Origin: the human T2T-CHM13v2.0 reference genome, Homo sapiens
Reading direction: 5' to 3' (one strand)
NCBI RefSeq assembly: GCF_009914755.1
Contig: NC_060925.1
DNA: 64,000 bases
Each line of letters opens with the position of its first letter. The stretch's first letter is position 1. Of the stretch, positions 40,306 to 54,561 are shown piece after piece. The position numbers were made by a program, and so were the translations under genes. The notes under the pieces are model-generated. The model made no database searches, was not told the origin of the DNA, and saw only the letters and a list, made by a program, of their open reading frames with translations.

Positions 40306-41095
40306 GTGAGATTAAGTTTTCTCATCTCTAAAATAGTAGTGAAAATATGAAGTATCTCGGGGGATTGTTGTAAAATTCAAGCAAGCCGGTAAACACTTGA
40401 AAATATCAGCTGATACAATGACAGTTGTTATCATTATCCAGAAGACTTGGATGATGCAGAAAATCTTCAGATACTTAAGAGCTATGATGGGCATAAAGAA
40501 CAACACATGTCTACGCTCCTTCCGAGAAGACTGAGACCAGTGGATAGAAATTATATGGTAGAAGATTCTGGTGCAATCTCTAACAATAAAATAGCTCCGA
40601 GATGGAACAGGATGCCATGACCCAAAATAAGTTCCCAGTTATTGAGTGTACTCAACACAGTCTGGCTGACTGTTGCTTAGGGAGTGGCAAAGGGGGCATC
40701 CACTCTAAATGGAGGATTACCTGTAGGTCTTTTCTAACTCTGACTTCCTATAAGTCTCTGAATATGTTTTGATTGCATTGATGGAACCAAGAACATACAG
40801 TGTATACATCACTCTATTTCTTCATCCAGGTATTCATTTATTCAAAAAGTATTCCTTGATCATCTTGTGATAATCCATCTTGTGCCAGGTCCTGTGTTAG
40901 GCACTGTTGATAGGGTAGTAATTGTAGCAGCACCATGAATATATGAGCTACAGGAACCTCATCCTAAAATCTGGTGGAGGATACAATTTCAAAACTGTGC
41001 AATGAGAGAAATGGTCCACTGGGAAAGAAACCCAGGGGCCGCCCAACCCCAACTGTGAAAAGGAGGAAAGGGAAGCATTTCTAAAAGAAGGTATA

Positions 41096-41529
41096 CAGTT
41101 GATCCTTAAATAACTTGGGTTTGAACTGCACAGGTGCATTTATACACAAATTTTCTTCCACTTCTGTCACCTCTGAGATAGAAAGACTAACCTCTTCTCT
41201 TCCCCCTCCTTAGCCTACTCAATGTGAAGATGACAAGGATGAAGACTGTTAAGATTATCCACTTTCACCTAATGAATAGTAAATATATTTTTTCTTCCTT
41301 ATGATTTTCTGAATAACATTTTCCTTATTCTAGCTTATATTATTGTAAAAACAGCTTGTAATACATATAACATGCAAAATACGTGTTGACTGTTTATGTT
41401 AACAGTAAGACTTCTGGTCAAGAGTAGGTTACTAGCAGTTAAGTTCTGGGGGAGTCAAAAGTTATGCAGATTTTCAACTGTGTGTGTGGTGGGTCACCCC
41501 TAACTCTCATGTTGTTCAAGGGTCAACTG
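41096..41529. mobile_element. Tigger2a (MER28) TcMar-Tigger element, apparently complete
   Basis: TIRs cagttgatccttaaataac / gttgttcaagggtcaactg, TA target duplications on both sides, 434 bp. Confidence 0.92.
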
Positions 41530-42776
41530 TATTTAATTTGAGAACTGAAGGATGAGTACAACTTATCCTCCCAACTGTGGTTGGGAGTGGAGAGGAGGGG
41601 TTGGAAAGAAGAGTGAGCCTAGAAGAGGGAATACTACATGGGATGATTCAGAATGAGAGAGAGCATGGTGGAGGGGATGAATATTGTTCTTTATGTGCTC
41701 AGGGCACAGGATATGAAGTGGACAGGGCATGTTTGAAGCACCCTATTGATTATTCAGAGGTATTCTTGTGCCATTGGCATATATGCTTTCATCCAGCCTC
41801 CCCCTACTGCTTCCATTTAGAAAGTTATTATTGCATTGATGAGGCTTGTCCTAGTAAGGTTGCAATGGAAATGGAGAGAAGGGAATAGATTGAAAAGATC
41901 TTCAAGGAAGAATTGGCATGCCTTGAAACTGGAATTCATTAAAAATAGGAGGTGAGCAATTAAGTTAATGTTTAAAGATGACCAAGATTTTCAACTTGAC
42001 AGACACAGGGGAGCTGGAAAGAAGAGCTGATGAGAAATGAAAGATAAGGAATTCACTTTAGAACATGGTGACTCAGAGATAATGGCAGTGCAGGAAATGT
42101 CCTCTAGGTAATTACAGATTAGAAGCCAGACAATGAGTGACAGACTGGTCTGTATTTACTGACTCAAGAGTCGGTAGGAAGATAGAGCTACGTTTCCATC
42201 ATGCCAGATAGAATCAGACTTGTACTCCCATCATAAGCAACTAGAAAGCTGGATTTTAAAAACTATGAAACACTGGACAACTGTCAGTATAAGACTGTTA
42301 TCCCTAAGGAAAGGGAAACAAGTAAGGCAAATCCTTTCTCCCAGGCCATATTTTTCATACTGTGGCATAGAGAAGGGGAACCTAAGTAGACAACAGCAGC
42401 CTCAATGAGGTGAAGAGACAGAGTCTGGAGTTTGGGAAAACTGAGACTGGAAGTTCTGCGGTTTGATACTGAAGAAAAGAGAATCATGTTGAAATAAAGA
42501 GCTTCATAAATCTGCATAGAGATTCTCAGGAGTCAATTGCCGAATGCCGAGCAACAAATGCATAGTGTACAGCTCTATAAGACTTTGAAAGAACCACCAG
42601 GGAGCTTTAGGATAAATAATTCCTGGAATCCTGAGTTCTGATCAGCCAGAATAAAGACACTTTGTTTAACACTTGTGCCACTCAGGGGAGACTACAGAGT
42701 TATGCCTTATTAATAGGGCTAGAGATTAAAGGCTACTATAGACTTGTATTAAAATATATTAAAAATAGATCACAGA

Positions 42777-43080
42777 GGCTGGGCAGAGTGGCTCACACCT
42801 GTAATCCCAGCACTTTGGGAGGCCAAGGTGGGTTGAGCTCAGGAGTTTGAGACCAGCCTGGGCAACATAGTGGGGCCCTGTCTTTACAAAAAATACAAAA
42901 ATTAGCTTGGTGTGATAGCATGCACCTATAGTCTCAGCTACTTGGGAGGCTGAAGTGGAAGAATCACTTGAGCCCAGGAGGTTGAGGCTGCAGTAAGCTG
43001 TGCTCATGCCACTGCACTCCAACATGTGCAACAGAGCAAGATGCTGTCTCAAAAAGGAAAACAAAACAAAACAAATAAAA
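42777..43080 (+). mobile_element. AluJ
   Basis: Dimeric Alu, gagcccaggaggttgaggctgcagtaagc, (CAAAA)n tail. Confidence 0.92.
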
Positions 43081-44201
43081 CCCAGATGTCAAAAGGATCC
43101 ACAAGTAACTTAACTTTGGCCAGAGCAAAACTAAATGTGCTCTGAAGGATAAAAAAATGCAGACACTTAAAAATGTAATAATCAAAATGCCTATCATTAA
43201 ATCAAAAATTAGTAGACATGAGAGAAAGAAAGGTAATGTGACCAACTATGCAAAGAAAACTTATTAAACAGAAGCAGACCCAGAAACCGCAAAGATGATG
43301 GAATTAACTGACATGGTCTTTAAAACAGTAACTATAGACATGCTCAAGGATTTAAAGAAAATTACCAAAATCATGAGATAAATAGAAGAATTAAAAAGCA
43401 CCCAGTGGAATTTCCAGACCTTAAAATATAAAGTATCTGAAATGAAAAATTCCCTAGATCAACTTAACAGCAGATTCAATGAGTAAAAAAAAAGATTGGT
43501 GAACTGGAAGATACATAAGTATAAATTACCCATTTGAGACCCAGAAAGAAAAAAGACTAAAAAAAAAAAAAAAAAAAAAAGGACAAAGCCTTAGTGATTT
43601 TTAGAGCAAAATCAAGCAGTGTCACATATGTGTTATTGGAAGCCCAGAAAGGGAGGATGGAAAGGGGTCAGAGAAATATTTGAACGAATAGTGGGTGAAA
43701 ACTTTTTCAGTCTGATGAAAATATAACCCAAAGATCTAAGAAGCCAAACAGATCCATCAGGAGCCTAATCCATCAGGATTAACATAAAGAAAACCACACA
43801 AAGACACATTATCACCAAATTGCTAAAAAACAGTGATAAAGAGAAAATCTTTAAAATCTTCAGGGTAAGAAGACAACTTTCATATAGGGCAACAAAGATA
43901 ATACTTATTATAGACATGTCATTGAAAACAATTCAAGACAGAAGAAAAGGAAATTAGATCTCTGAAATTCTGAATTTAAATAAAAGAAAAACATTAAACC
44001 TGAAATTCTGTGCTCAGAAAAAATATTCTTCAAAAGAAAGGGGCAATAAGAACTTTCAGAGACAACAGAAGCTGAAAAAATTCATGATCTGCAAACCTGC
44101 ACAAAGAAATACTCAAACTTTTGTGGTTGAAAGAAAATGACACCAAAAAGAAACTCATATTTTCTCAAAATAATGAAAAACATAAACGGTAAATATGTGG
44201 G

Positions 44202-44617
44202 TGATATGGTTTGGATCTGTGTCCCCCCCCCCAAATATCTGTTCAATTGTAATCCCCAGTGTTGGAGGTGGGGCCTAGTGGGAGGTGATTGGATCAGGGG
44301 GCAGGATTCTCATGAATGGTTTAGTACCATCCCCCCTTGGTACTGTATAGTGAGTGAGTTCTCACAAGATCTGGTTGTTTAAAAGTGTGTGGCACCTCCC
44401 CACACTGCCCCCTTGCTCCTGCTCTACCCATGTAAAATGAGCCTGCTTCCCCTTTGCTTTCTGCCATAATTGTAAGTTTCCTGAGGCCACCCCAGAAGCC
44501 AAGCATCATGCTTCCTGTACAGCCTGCAGAACTGTGACCCAATTAAACCTCTTTTCTTTGTAAATTACCCAGTCTCACGTATTTCTTTACAGCAGTGTGA
44601 GAACAGTGAGTAATATA
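44202..44617 (+). mobile_element. MSTA-like MaLR solo LTR inserted in L1
   Basis: tgatatggtttggatctgtgtccc...attaaacctcttttctttgtaaattacccagtctca. Confidence 0.9.
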
Positions 44618-44989
44618 ATGAGTAAATATAAAACATTTTTATTGTGACTTTTTAAAAGATAATTTACTGTTTAAAGCAAAAAAATATACTTTTCTGCAGA
44701 GACTAAACAAATATTGAAGTAAAATATATGACAATATTAACACAAAGAATGGTAGGGAGAAATAGAAGTTCATTTTTGTAAACTTTTCATGTTACACATG
44801 AAATGGTATGAAATTAGTTGAATTCAGACAAGGATTAGTTGAAATAAATAACTAAATAAACTATGTAAATAACTAAAACATTAAAATAAAGAGGTATAGC
44901 TGAGATGGAAATAAAATGGAATACTAAAAGATACTCAGTTAATCCAAAGTATGGCAGAAAAAGATGGAAAATAAAAATTAAAAACACAG

Positions 44990-47415
44990 TTTCTAGTTCA
45001 GCCTAACAAAAGTAAAAAGCTGAACAAATGGAAAAAATCAGCAGCTCTTCTTAGATCCATAAAAAAGTGACATCACAAGCAAACCATTGTCCCCAAAATT
45101 GGAGAGACAGATGGTAGCTACAGAAAATCACAACACATGAGAGCACAAACCTCTGCAGAAACCAGGGCCAAAGTAGAGTAATTGATTAACTGCTGAGGCC
45201 TCATAGTGACAAGTATGAAAGATTTTTTTTTTTAAATCTAAGGTTTTCACTGGGCCCCCAAACTTTTGTGAATTTCAGCTCCTGGAGAGAAGGTCTTAGC
45301 TAATGCAATAAGGCAAGAAAAGAAAAGTACACGGATTGGGAAGGAGTAAATGAAACTGTCTTTGTTCACAAATAACATGTTTATCTATGTAGAAAATCCA
45401 AAAGAGTCACACACACACACACACACATACACACACAAAAACACTGTTGGAAATAAGTGATTATAGCTGGGTTATAGAATATAAGATTAATATACAAAAT
45501 TTAATCATTTTCCTATATGCCAGCAATGAACAACTGCAATTTGAAATTAAAAGTAAAATAACTTGCATTGGCACCCCCTCAAATAAAATACTTAGATAGA
45601 AACCTAACAAAATATGTACAAAATCTATATGAAGAAAACTACAGAACTCTGATGAAAGAAATTGAATAACCTAAATAATGGAGAACCAGTCCATGTTCAT
45701 GGATAGAAAGACTCAATGTTGTCAAGATGTCAGTTCTCCCCAACTTGATCTATAGATTCAATGCAATTCCGATCAAAATTCCAGGAAGTTATTTTGAGGA
45801 TATTGACAAACTGATTCTAAAGTCTATATGGAAAGGCAAAAGGCCACAAAGCGCCTCCACATTATTGAAGAAGAACGAAACTGAAAGAATGACACCACCC
45901 AACTTCAAGACTTACTGTAAAACTACAATAATCAAGACAATGTGGTATTGGTGAAAGAACTGACAAAAAGATCAGTGGACCACCTAGAGAGCCAGAAGTA
46001 GACTCACATAAATATAGTCAGCTGATCTTTGTCAGAGGCACAAAGAAAATACAGTGGAGAAAAGAGAGCCTTTTTAATAAATGATGCTGGAACAACTGGA
46101 CATTCATAGGCAAAAATATAACTCTAGACACAAACCTTACATGTTTACAAAGGTTAACTCAAAATGTAGGATTTAAAACTATAAAATTCCTAGAAAACAG
46201 TATAGAAGAAAATCTATGTGACCTAGAGTTTGGTAATGATTTTTTTAGATACAATACCGCAGGCCTGATACATAAATGAAAGAACTCACAACCTGGATCT
46301 CCACCAAAATTAAAAATTTCTGCTCTGTGAAAGACACTGTCAAGAGAATAAAAAGATAAGCCACAAGCTGGGTGAAAATATTTGCAAAAGACACATCTGA
46401 TAAAGGACTGTTATTCAAAATATACAAAGAAATCTTGAAACTCAACAATAAGAAAATAAACAACTCAATTTAAAAATGGGCCAAAGACTTTAGCAAACAC
46501 CTCACCAATGAAGATATACAGATGGCAAATAGAATATGAAAGTATTCTCCACATCGTAAGCCATTAGGGAATGCAAACTAAAACAGTGAGATACCATTAC
46601 ACATCTAACAGAATGTCCAAAATCCAGAACGCTGACAACACCAAATGCTGATGAAGATGTGAAGCAATAGACACTCTCATTGACTGTTGTAAGAATGTAA
46701 AATAGCACAGTAGCTTTGAAGGACAGTTTCATGGTTTCATGCTGAACACATTCTTAACATAGAGTCAGTAATTGTGCTCCTTGGTATTGACCCAAAGAAG
46801 TTGAAAGCTTATGTTCACACAAAAACCTGCAAACAGACATTGATAGCAGCTGTATTCATAATTGCCATAACTTGGAAGCAAGCAAGATAATCTTCTAGTA
46901 GGCTAATGTGTAAATACTCTGTAGTACATTCAGACAATGGAATATTATTAGCACTAGAAAGAAATGAGCTATCAAGCCACAAAAAGACATGGATGAATTT
47001 GAAATGCATATTACTAAGTGAAAGAAGCCAATATGAAAAGGCTACATACATACTATGTAATTCCAACTATGTGACATTCCAAAAGGCAAAACTATGGAGA
47101 CAGTACAACTAGGGGTTGAGGGGAGAAAGGGAGAGGTATTTCTGTATATATTGCAATGGTAGATATCTATCATTATAAGTTTATCCAAATTCATAGAATG
47201 TACCCTACCAAAAATCAACCCCATGTAAACTACGGACTTTGTGTGATAATGATGTTTCAATGTAGGTTCGTCAGTTCTAACAAATGTACCATGCTGGTGG
47301 ATGATATTGATAATGGGGGAGGCTATGCATGTGTGGGGGCAGGGGATATTTGGGAAATCTCTGTACTTTCTGCTCAGTTGTTCTGTAAACCTAAAAGTGT
47401 TCCAAAAATAAAGTC
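44990..47415 (+). mobile_element. L1MC-like element (short 5' piece, ORF2 3' part, 3' UTR) nested in older L1
   Basis: ORF 45727-45954 MSVLPNLIYRFNAIPIKIP... is L1 ORF2; 3' UTR with gtaaactacggactttg.gtgataatgatg and terminal aataaagtct. Confidence 0.8.
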
Positions 47416-47573
47416 TGTTTCTTTAAAACAGAAAGGTTGACACCTATGGAAAACAAATAATAGGATGATAGACTTAAACTTAACCATGTCGGTAATTACA
47501 TTAAATGTAAAGAGTTGTGATATTCTATTTAAAGGCAGAGATCATAGAACAGAAAAACAAAACAAAACAAAAC

Positions 47574-47779
47574 TAGTAGTCTGCTGCTAAATGTTTAACA
47601 ACCAGCTCCCCAGAGAAATAAATGTCCTAATTTGTATCGATTGTGGGTTTTGTGGTGTAAAGACTTCCACTATGGTCAATGTCAAGGTACAAGGTGACGT
47701 CTACCAGCTTGCAAAATTCCTGAAGATGTAACAATTAGCTCTTGTGAGTCAGTATGTGCTGGCCCCAGCACATCACTAG
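47574..47779. mobile_element. MER63A-like hAT-Blackjack element
   Basis: tgctgctaaatgtttaacaaccagctc...gtggtgtaaagacttccactatgg...ccagcacatcact. Confidence 0.7.
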
Positions 47780-49184
47780 TTAAAAACCCATCTATATACT
47801 GTTTACAAGAAACACAACATAAATATAAAGACACTGATAAGTTGCAACTATAAAAAATGGTAAAAGATGTACAATGTTACTAACAATCATAAGAAAATTT
47901 GAGTGGTTACATTAATTTCTGACATAGAAAATTTTGGTAAAAAGGATATTTTACGCTAATAAAGGGATCTACTTATGCAGAAGACATAGTTCTAAATATT
48001 TGTGCAACTAATGACAGAACTTCAAAAGACACTAAGGAAAAACTGACAGAACTGAAAGACAGATATACTTGGAATTATAGTTTCAACACTCCTTAGTATT
48101 GATAGGACAATTTGACAGGAAATCAGGGAGGATACAGAAGATTTGAACAACACTCTCGATAGCTTTGACCTTTTTGACATTTTTCAAAAATTACATCAAA
48201 CAACAACATAATATGTATACTTAACAAGTACATATGCAACATTCACCAATATAAGCCATGTATTGGGCCATAAAACAAGTTTCAATAAATTTAAAATATT
48301 TTAAATCATACAGAGTATATACTCTGATCACAATAAAATTTTATTCAAAAGGAAAAACAAAACATGTTTGGATTGCATCTAAACGTTTAGAAATTAACAC
48401 TCTCAAAAATTAGAAGGGATATTAGAAAATATTTTAAGCAGACTACAATGAAAACATAAAGAGGAAATCATAAGGAGAATTAGAACACATTTGGAACTGA
48501 ATGAGGATAAAAATACAACATATGAAAATTTGAGTGAGGCAGCTAAAATAGTGCTTAGAGGAACAGTTAAAACTTTGAAAATTTATATTATAAAATAAGT
48601 TCTAAGAACAATGATCTAATTTTTCACTTTAAGAATCTAGAAAAAACAAGAAATTAACCCAAAATTAATATAAAAAATAATAAAAACAAGAGTGAAAATC
48701 AAGAAAATAAAATATTAATAAACAATACAAATCAATGAAACAAAAATGAGTTCTTTGTAAATATTTATAGAAACCATAAATTCTAGCTAAACAAATCATG
48801 AATAAAAACAGATAAGACAACATATCAGAGTAAAGATGGGACACAGATACTCCAAACATGAAAAAGGCAATAAGGGTGTATTAGGAACAACTTTAGGCCA
48901 ATAAGATGAACAATGTAGATGTAATGAACAAATTCCTTAACAGATACAAGTTACCAAAATTGATAAAATAAGAAAAAATTTGGATAGCTCTATAGCTATT
49001 AAGTCAGTTCACAACTAAAAACCTTCTACAGTGAAAAAGCCAGATCCAGATGGTTTCACACTGGTAAATAATAATAATGCCAGTCCTGAAGAAATAATAC
49101 CAATCCCATACCTTTTTCACAAAATAAAAGAATATATACCTCCCCCCTCATTTATGCATTGGAGCCAAATGAGACTTTACCAAG

Positions 49185-49236
<52 letters not shown>

Positions 49237-51674
49237 ACACCATGTAGACCAATATCTCTCATTAACATAGATGCAAAAATCTTTAATACAAACTTACCAT
49301 ACCAAATTCAGGTATACATAAAAAGGGTATACCAACTAGGGTTTACTCAGGGATGAGGTAGGTCTAATGTTTCAATCAATTAATATATTTCATCATATTA
49401 ACAGAAAAAAGCCCATAAGATCATTTCAGAAGCATCTGGCAAAATTCAACACCTATCATGTTGAAAACTCTTATCAAGGTAGAAGTCAGATGAAACATTA
49501 TTAATTGATAAAGGGCGTTCAAAGCATAAACAAAAGCATATTGCTAAAAATCACACTGAATGGTGAAAACCTGACCATTTGTAGAAACATAACAAGGAGA
49601 TGTCTATTCTCATTATTTCTATTCGCTATGTTGCTGGAGGTCATAGCCAGTGTAAAAATACAAGGAAAATATATGAAAGGCATACAAATTGAACAGGAAG
49701 CAGTGAAATTGTCTTTATTCACAGAAGACATGACCATGAATGTAAAAAATGCTAAGGAATGTCTAAAAACATTACTAGAAAAAATAACTAAATTCAACAA
49801 GTTCTCTATAAACAAAGACAAAATATAAAAATCAAATTTGTCTCTATATAATGGCAGCAAAGAATGAAGAATGAGACATAAAACAGCATCATTTACAATG
49901 GCATCAAAAAAGTGAAATATTTAAGGATTCAATATAGTTGCATAATTATATAATGTATAACATATCAAATATATAAAATATGTAAATATTTGGGGATATA
50001 TGTTTACATACATATGTATATTAAATGTACACTAAAAAATTACTGAACATTGCTAAAAGAAATTAAATCTCTACATACATGGAGAGAAATATCTTGTTCA
50101 AAGATTGAAAGACTCAATATTAAGATGTTAATTCCTCCCACATTGATCAAAAATTTGACATAACCCCATTCAAAATCCCAGCACACTTCTTAAAAAAATA
50201 ACAAACTGATTCTAAAATTTACTGGAAATGCAAAGAAAACCTAGAATAGACAAAAAAATTTTTTTTAATAGAATAGCAACATAGGAGGCTTGCTGCTTCT
50301 TCATTTCAACACGAATTATAAAGCCACAGTAATCACAACAGTGTGGTATGGGCATAAGGATAGACACATAAGTCAATGGAACAGCACAGAGATCTACGAA
50401 ATAAGTTCACACTTCAATGGTCAATTAATGTTCAGTAAAGGTGTCAAGGTAATTTAATGGGGAAATGATAGTCTTTCAAAAATGGTCCAGAGGTAATGAA
50501 CACCCATATACAAAAAAAAAAGAACTTTCATTTTTATCTTACACCATATGTAAAAATTAACTTGGAATAGATCTTAGATTTAAATGTAAAAGCTAAAACT
50601 ATAAACTTGTAGAATAAAATATAGAAGACATCTTCATGACCTTGAGGTAAGCAAAGATTTTATGGGATACAAAAAGAACAAAGCACAAAAGAAAAAATTA
50701 TAAATTGGACTTCATTCAACATCAAAAACTTTGACTTTTCAAAAAAAAAATCAGTAAGAAAATAAAGCCAAATCATCACTGACTAGGGGAAAATATCCAC
50801 AATATACATTCCGGACAAAGAACACGTATCCAGAATATTTAGAGAATCCAATAAAATTAGACAAACAACTCAATTTTTAAAATGTGCAGAACAATTGGAT
50901 GCATCACAATGATGACAAATAAACACATGAAAAGGCACTCAGCATCCTCAGTCATCAGAACATACAAATAAAAGTGTGTAAAAAGAGATATCCCTTTGTA
51001 CCTCTAAAATGGCTAAAATCTAAGTGAGAATACCGAATACCAAGTGTTCCAAGGAGGTGCATCACCTGGAATCTGCATGCCTTGCTGGTCATGAGCAACC
51101 ACTGTGGAAAATGGTGTTGATAACTTCTTGTAAGTTAAACATACACTTACTGTGCAATCTAGCAATGCATTGCTAGACGTTTACCTAAGAGAAATGAAAA
51201 TGCATGTCCACAGAGATGTGCTCACAGATGCTCAATGCCGCTTTATTCATGATAGCACAAACTGGGAAAGAGCCAGATGTTCATCCTCAGGTGAAATAAT
51301 AAAACAGAAGATAGATCCACACACAGAAATACCAGTCAGGAACACAAGAGATCAGAATATGGATAGATGTGATGGTATGGAGGAGTAAAGCAAGGCAAAC
51401 AAAAACAGAAGCACACACTGTAAGATTTTACTTATATGAAATTCTAAAATAGAATAAACTAGCCTTTGATGGCACAAAGCATATCAGAGTTTGCCTGGGG
51501 TCAAGGGTTGGGGGTGAGGAGGTTGATTGCTGAGTAACATAAGGCAACTTTTGGGGGTGGTAAAAATATTTTATATTTGGCAGTGATGGCTACACATTTG
51601 ACAAAACTCAGCAAAAGTCTACACTTAAAATGAATAATTTTTATGGTTTTTAACTTACACATCTGTAAAGTTAA

Positions 51675-51972
51675 TTTGTTTTTTTTTTTGAGACAGAGTG
51701 TTGCTCTGTCACCCAGGCTGAGTGCAATGGTGCAATCACAACTTCCTGCAGCCTTGAGTTCTTGGGCTCAAGCAGTGCTCCCACCTGAGCCACCTGGGTA
51801 GCTGGAACTACAGGCCAGTGCCACCACTCTTGGCTAATTTTTTTTTTAATAGAGGCCAGGGTCTTGCTATGTTGTCCAGGCTGGTCTCTAACTGCTGGGC
51901 TTAAGTGATCCATCCTCCTGCCTTGGCCTCCCAAAGTTCTGGCATTACAGGTGTGAGCCACCATACCCTGCC
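51675..51972 (-). mobile_element. AluJ
   Basis: Antisense dimeric Alu with poly-T. Confidence 0.92.
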
Positions 51973-52284
51973 GAAAGCTGATATTTTAAAGTACAAAGGG
52001 TATTCCAGGAGCAAGCATGAAGAACTAGATGCAACAACACAGAAGCCTGCAGGGGCAACTGCAATCTGTCTAGCATTACAGTTCTACAATATGAAAAGGA
52101 AGACCCAGCAGAACCCACCGATGAGGGGAGAAAGGCCACCACCTATGGCCCTCAAGTGGTCGACTAAGAATTAGATGTATCTCATGTATGTTGACTAATG
52201 AAGGGTTTCAATCAGGGACTAACGTATTGAGTTTTGTTTCCCATACTCACATCTGGCACTCATGTGGATAATAAGTTGTAAGAT

Positions 52285-52974
52285 TAAAACCACCTTTGCA
52301 AAATTATGACTGAGACAGCAAAAGAGATCTGACTTAATCAACTCCATCCTGCTTCTAACCTCCAAGCTGCCCTTGTTCATTCATGGGCATAGGCTGAAAT
52401 AACTTTGAGAGAAACTTAGTTTATAGTTCATAGTTTAAAAAGGCAATAACAACCCTTTCCCAAAGCAGACCCCCTTCTTGCCTGGGGACTAGACTGCCTT
52501 TGTAGGACTAACATTAGCCACGAGATTAGAAATGATGGTTTAGGAGTCACGCAGCTGGAGGCTACAAGATTCTGACCCTCCCTAAACTGCTCCTAAGATC
52601 AGTGCTTGAGATATTTTTCAGACCCTGCACTTGATGGATCAGCTGGCACCACCCAGATCTATTAACTGGCTCATCTGATCTTGTGGCCCCCACCCAGGAA
52701 CTGACTCAGCACAACAAGACAGCTTCGACTCCCTATGACTTCATTCTTGACCAATCAGCACTCCTGGCTCACTGGCTTCCCCCCACCCACCAAGTTGTCC
52801 TTAAAAATTCTGCTCCCTGAATGCTTCAGGGAGGCTGATTTGAGTAATAATAAAACTCCAGTCTCCCGCACAGCAGGCTGTACATGAATTACTCTTTCTC
52901 GTTTGCAATTACCCTGTCTTGATGAATGGGCTATGTCTAGATAGTGGGCAAGGTGAACCTCTTGGTCAGTAGCA
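52285..52974 (+). mobile_element. LTR8 (ERV1) solo LTR
   Basis: aaaccacctttgcaaaattatgactgagacag...gggcaaggtgaacc; degenerate 4-bp TSD agat/agag. Confidence 0.85.
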
Positions 52975-53119
52975 AGAGGTTAGACAGGAGACTTAGGGAT
53001 GAAGTTAGATATGCAAAAAGCAGAGGAAAATGAGCACAGCTGAGGAAAAGCATTTGAGACAAAAAGTGAAAGGATTTGGAAGTTGATTTGCTCAAGGGAT
53101 GAGGGGCAGACAAGCCATT

Positions 53120-53662
53120 TGTGATGGTTAATACTGAATGTCTGCTTGATTGAAGGATGCGAAGTATTATTCCTGGGTGTGTCTGTGAGGGTGTTGCCAA
53201 AGGACATCATATTTGAGTCAGTGGACTCCGAGAGGCAGACCCACCCTCAATCTGGGTGGACACCAACTAACCAGCTGCCAGTGCAGCTAGAATAAAGCAG
53301 GCAGAAGAGTCTGGAAGAAATAGACTAGCTGAGTCTTCTGGCCTCCATCTTTCTCCCATGCTGGATGCTTCCTGCTCTGGAACATTGGACTCCAAGTTCT
53401 TCAGCTTTTGGACTCTTGGATTTACACCAGTGGTTTGCCAGGGGCTCTGGGGCCTTTGGCCACAGACTGAAGGCTGCACTGTTGGCTTCCCTACTTGGGA
53501 GGTTTTTGGACTCAAACTAGCTTCCTTGCTCCTCAGCTTGCAGACATCGTATTATGGGACTTCACCTTGTGATTGTATGAGTTAATTCTCTTTAATAAAC
53601 TATCTTTCATATATACATTTATCCTATTAGTCCTGTCCCTCCAGATAATCCTGACTAGTACA
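53120..53662 (+). mobile_element. MLT2A (likely MLT2A2) HERVL solo LTR
   Basis: tgtgatggttaatactga...cctgactagtaca with perfect 5-bp TSD CCATT. Confidence 0.92.
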
Positions 53663-53760
53663 CCATTAAACAAGCAAATGTACAAATTAAAAAAAATTAA
53701 GGTGAGATAGCCCCATTAAAAAGAGCCAAACATGTTGAGTGGACACCTCAGAAGGAGTCT

Positions 53761-54240
53761 TGTTAAAGAAAAATTATTCAATGACATTTGTTAAGCACAG
53801 GAAGGAAGTCTCTATTCAGGACCATTGTGATGGGCATAAGGACCACTGCAAAGGGGTCTTGTGGTAGAAGAGAGAGATTGGGCTCAGCTCCAAATACAAC
53901 ACAGGAAGTAGGCATTTATAGCCAGATAACAGGGAGGAGTCAATTCATGGAACATGACTAAGAGGAAAGAAACGTCAGGAGTGAGGGGCATTCTGCTAAC
54001 AAGATCACCTAATAGGATCCTTGCTGAAGTCAGGCCAAGGTGATCAGACCTCACCTGGGGGAGGGTGGAGGATGAGGAAACTGATCAGATTTCACTGAGG
54101 GTGATCAGCATGGTGTGTTCTGGCAAACTACTTTGCAGGGTTTTTTGCTAAAATATAATTTTGCAAGGAAGTGCACAGATGGGCCAAGGAGAAGGTTCAG
54201 GAGCCTGACTAAAGTTTGGTCAAGCAAAGAATCTTTCTTA
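53761..54240 (-). mobile_element. MER31-like ERV1 solo LTR
   Basis: tgttaaagaaaaattattc...gagcctgactaaagtttggtcaagcaaagaatc. Confidence 0.7.
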
Positions 54241-54561
54241 GTATAAACCTATGGCCAATAAACACATAAAAAATGATCAGAGGAATGCAAATGAAATCCA
54301 CTAGAATATATCACTTTGTACTATGTGATTGGCAAAAATTACAGTCTGACATCATCAAGTGTTGGTTGAGGATGCAGAGCAACAGAAACGCATGTTCATT
54401 GTTACAACCGTTCTGTGACACAGTGGAGCATTATCTACCAAAGTTGAATATACACATTTCCTATGACATATTGATTTCACTCCCAGGTATATACCCTGGT
54501 GCCTAAATGCACCTGGATATATATACAAGATTGTCCATAGCAACATTGATTATAATAGCCC

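Larger units (their letters stand above)
42150..51660 (+). mobile_element. Large decayed L1M element(s) (5' UTR/ORF1/ORF2/3' UTR remnants) with nested insertions
   Basis: A-rich + strand; ORF2-like peptides (e.g. RPISLINIDAKI at ~49.25 kb; EAVKLSLFTEDM at ~49.7 kb); no intact ORF. Confidence 0.85.

Noticed and set aside
45727-49860. L1 ORF2-like peptides as functional reverse transcriptase
   Set aside because: Short fragments with many stops and frameshifts; inactive fossils
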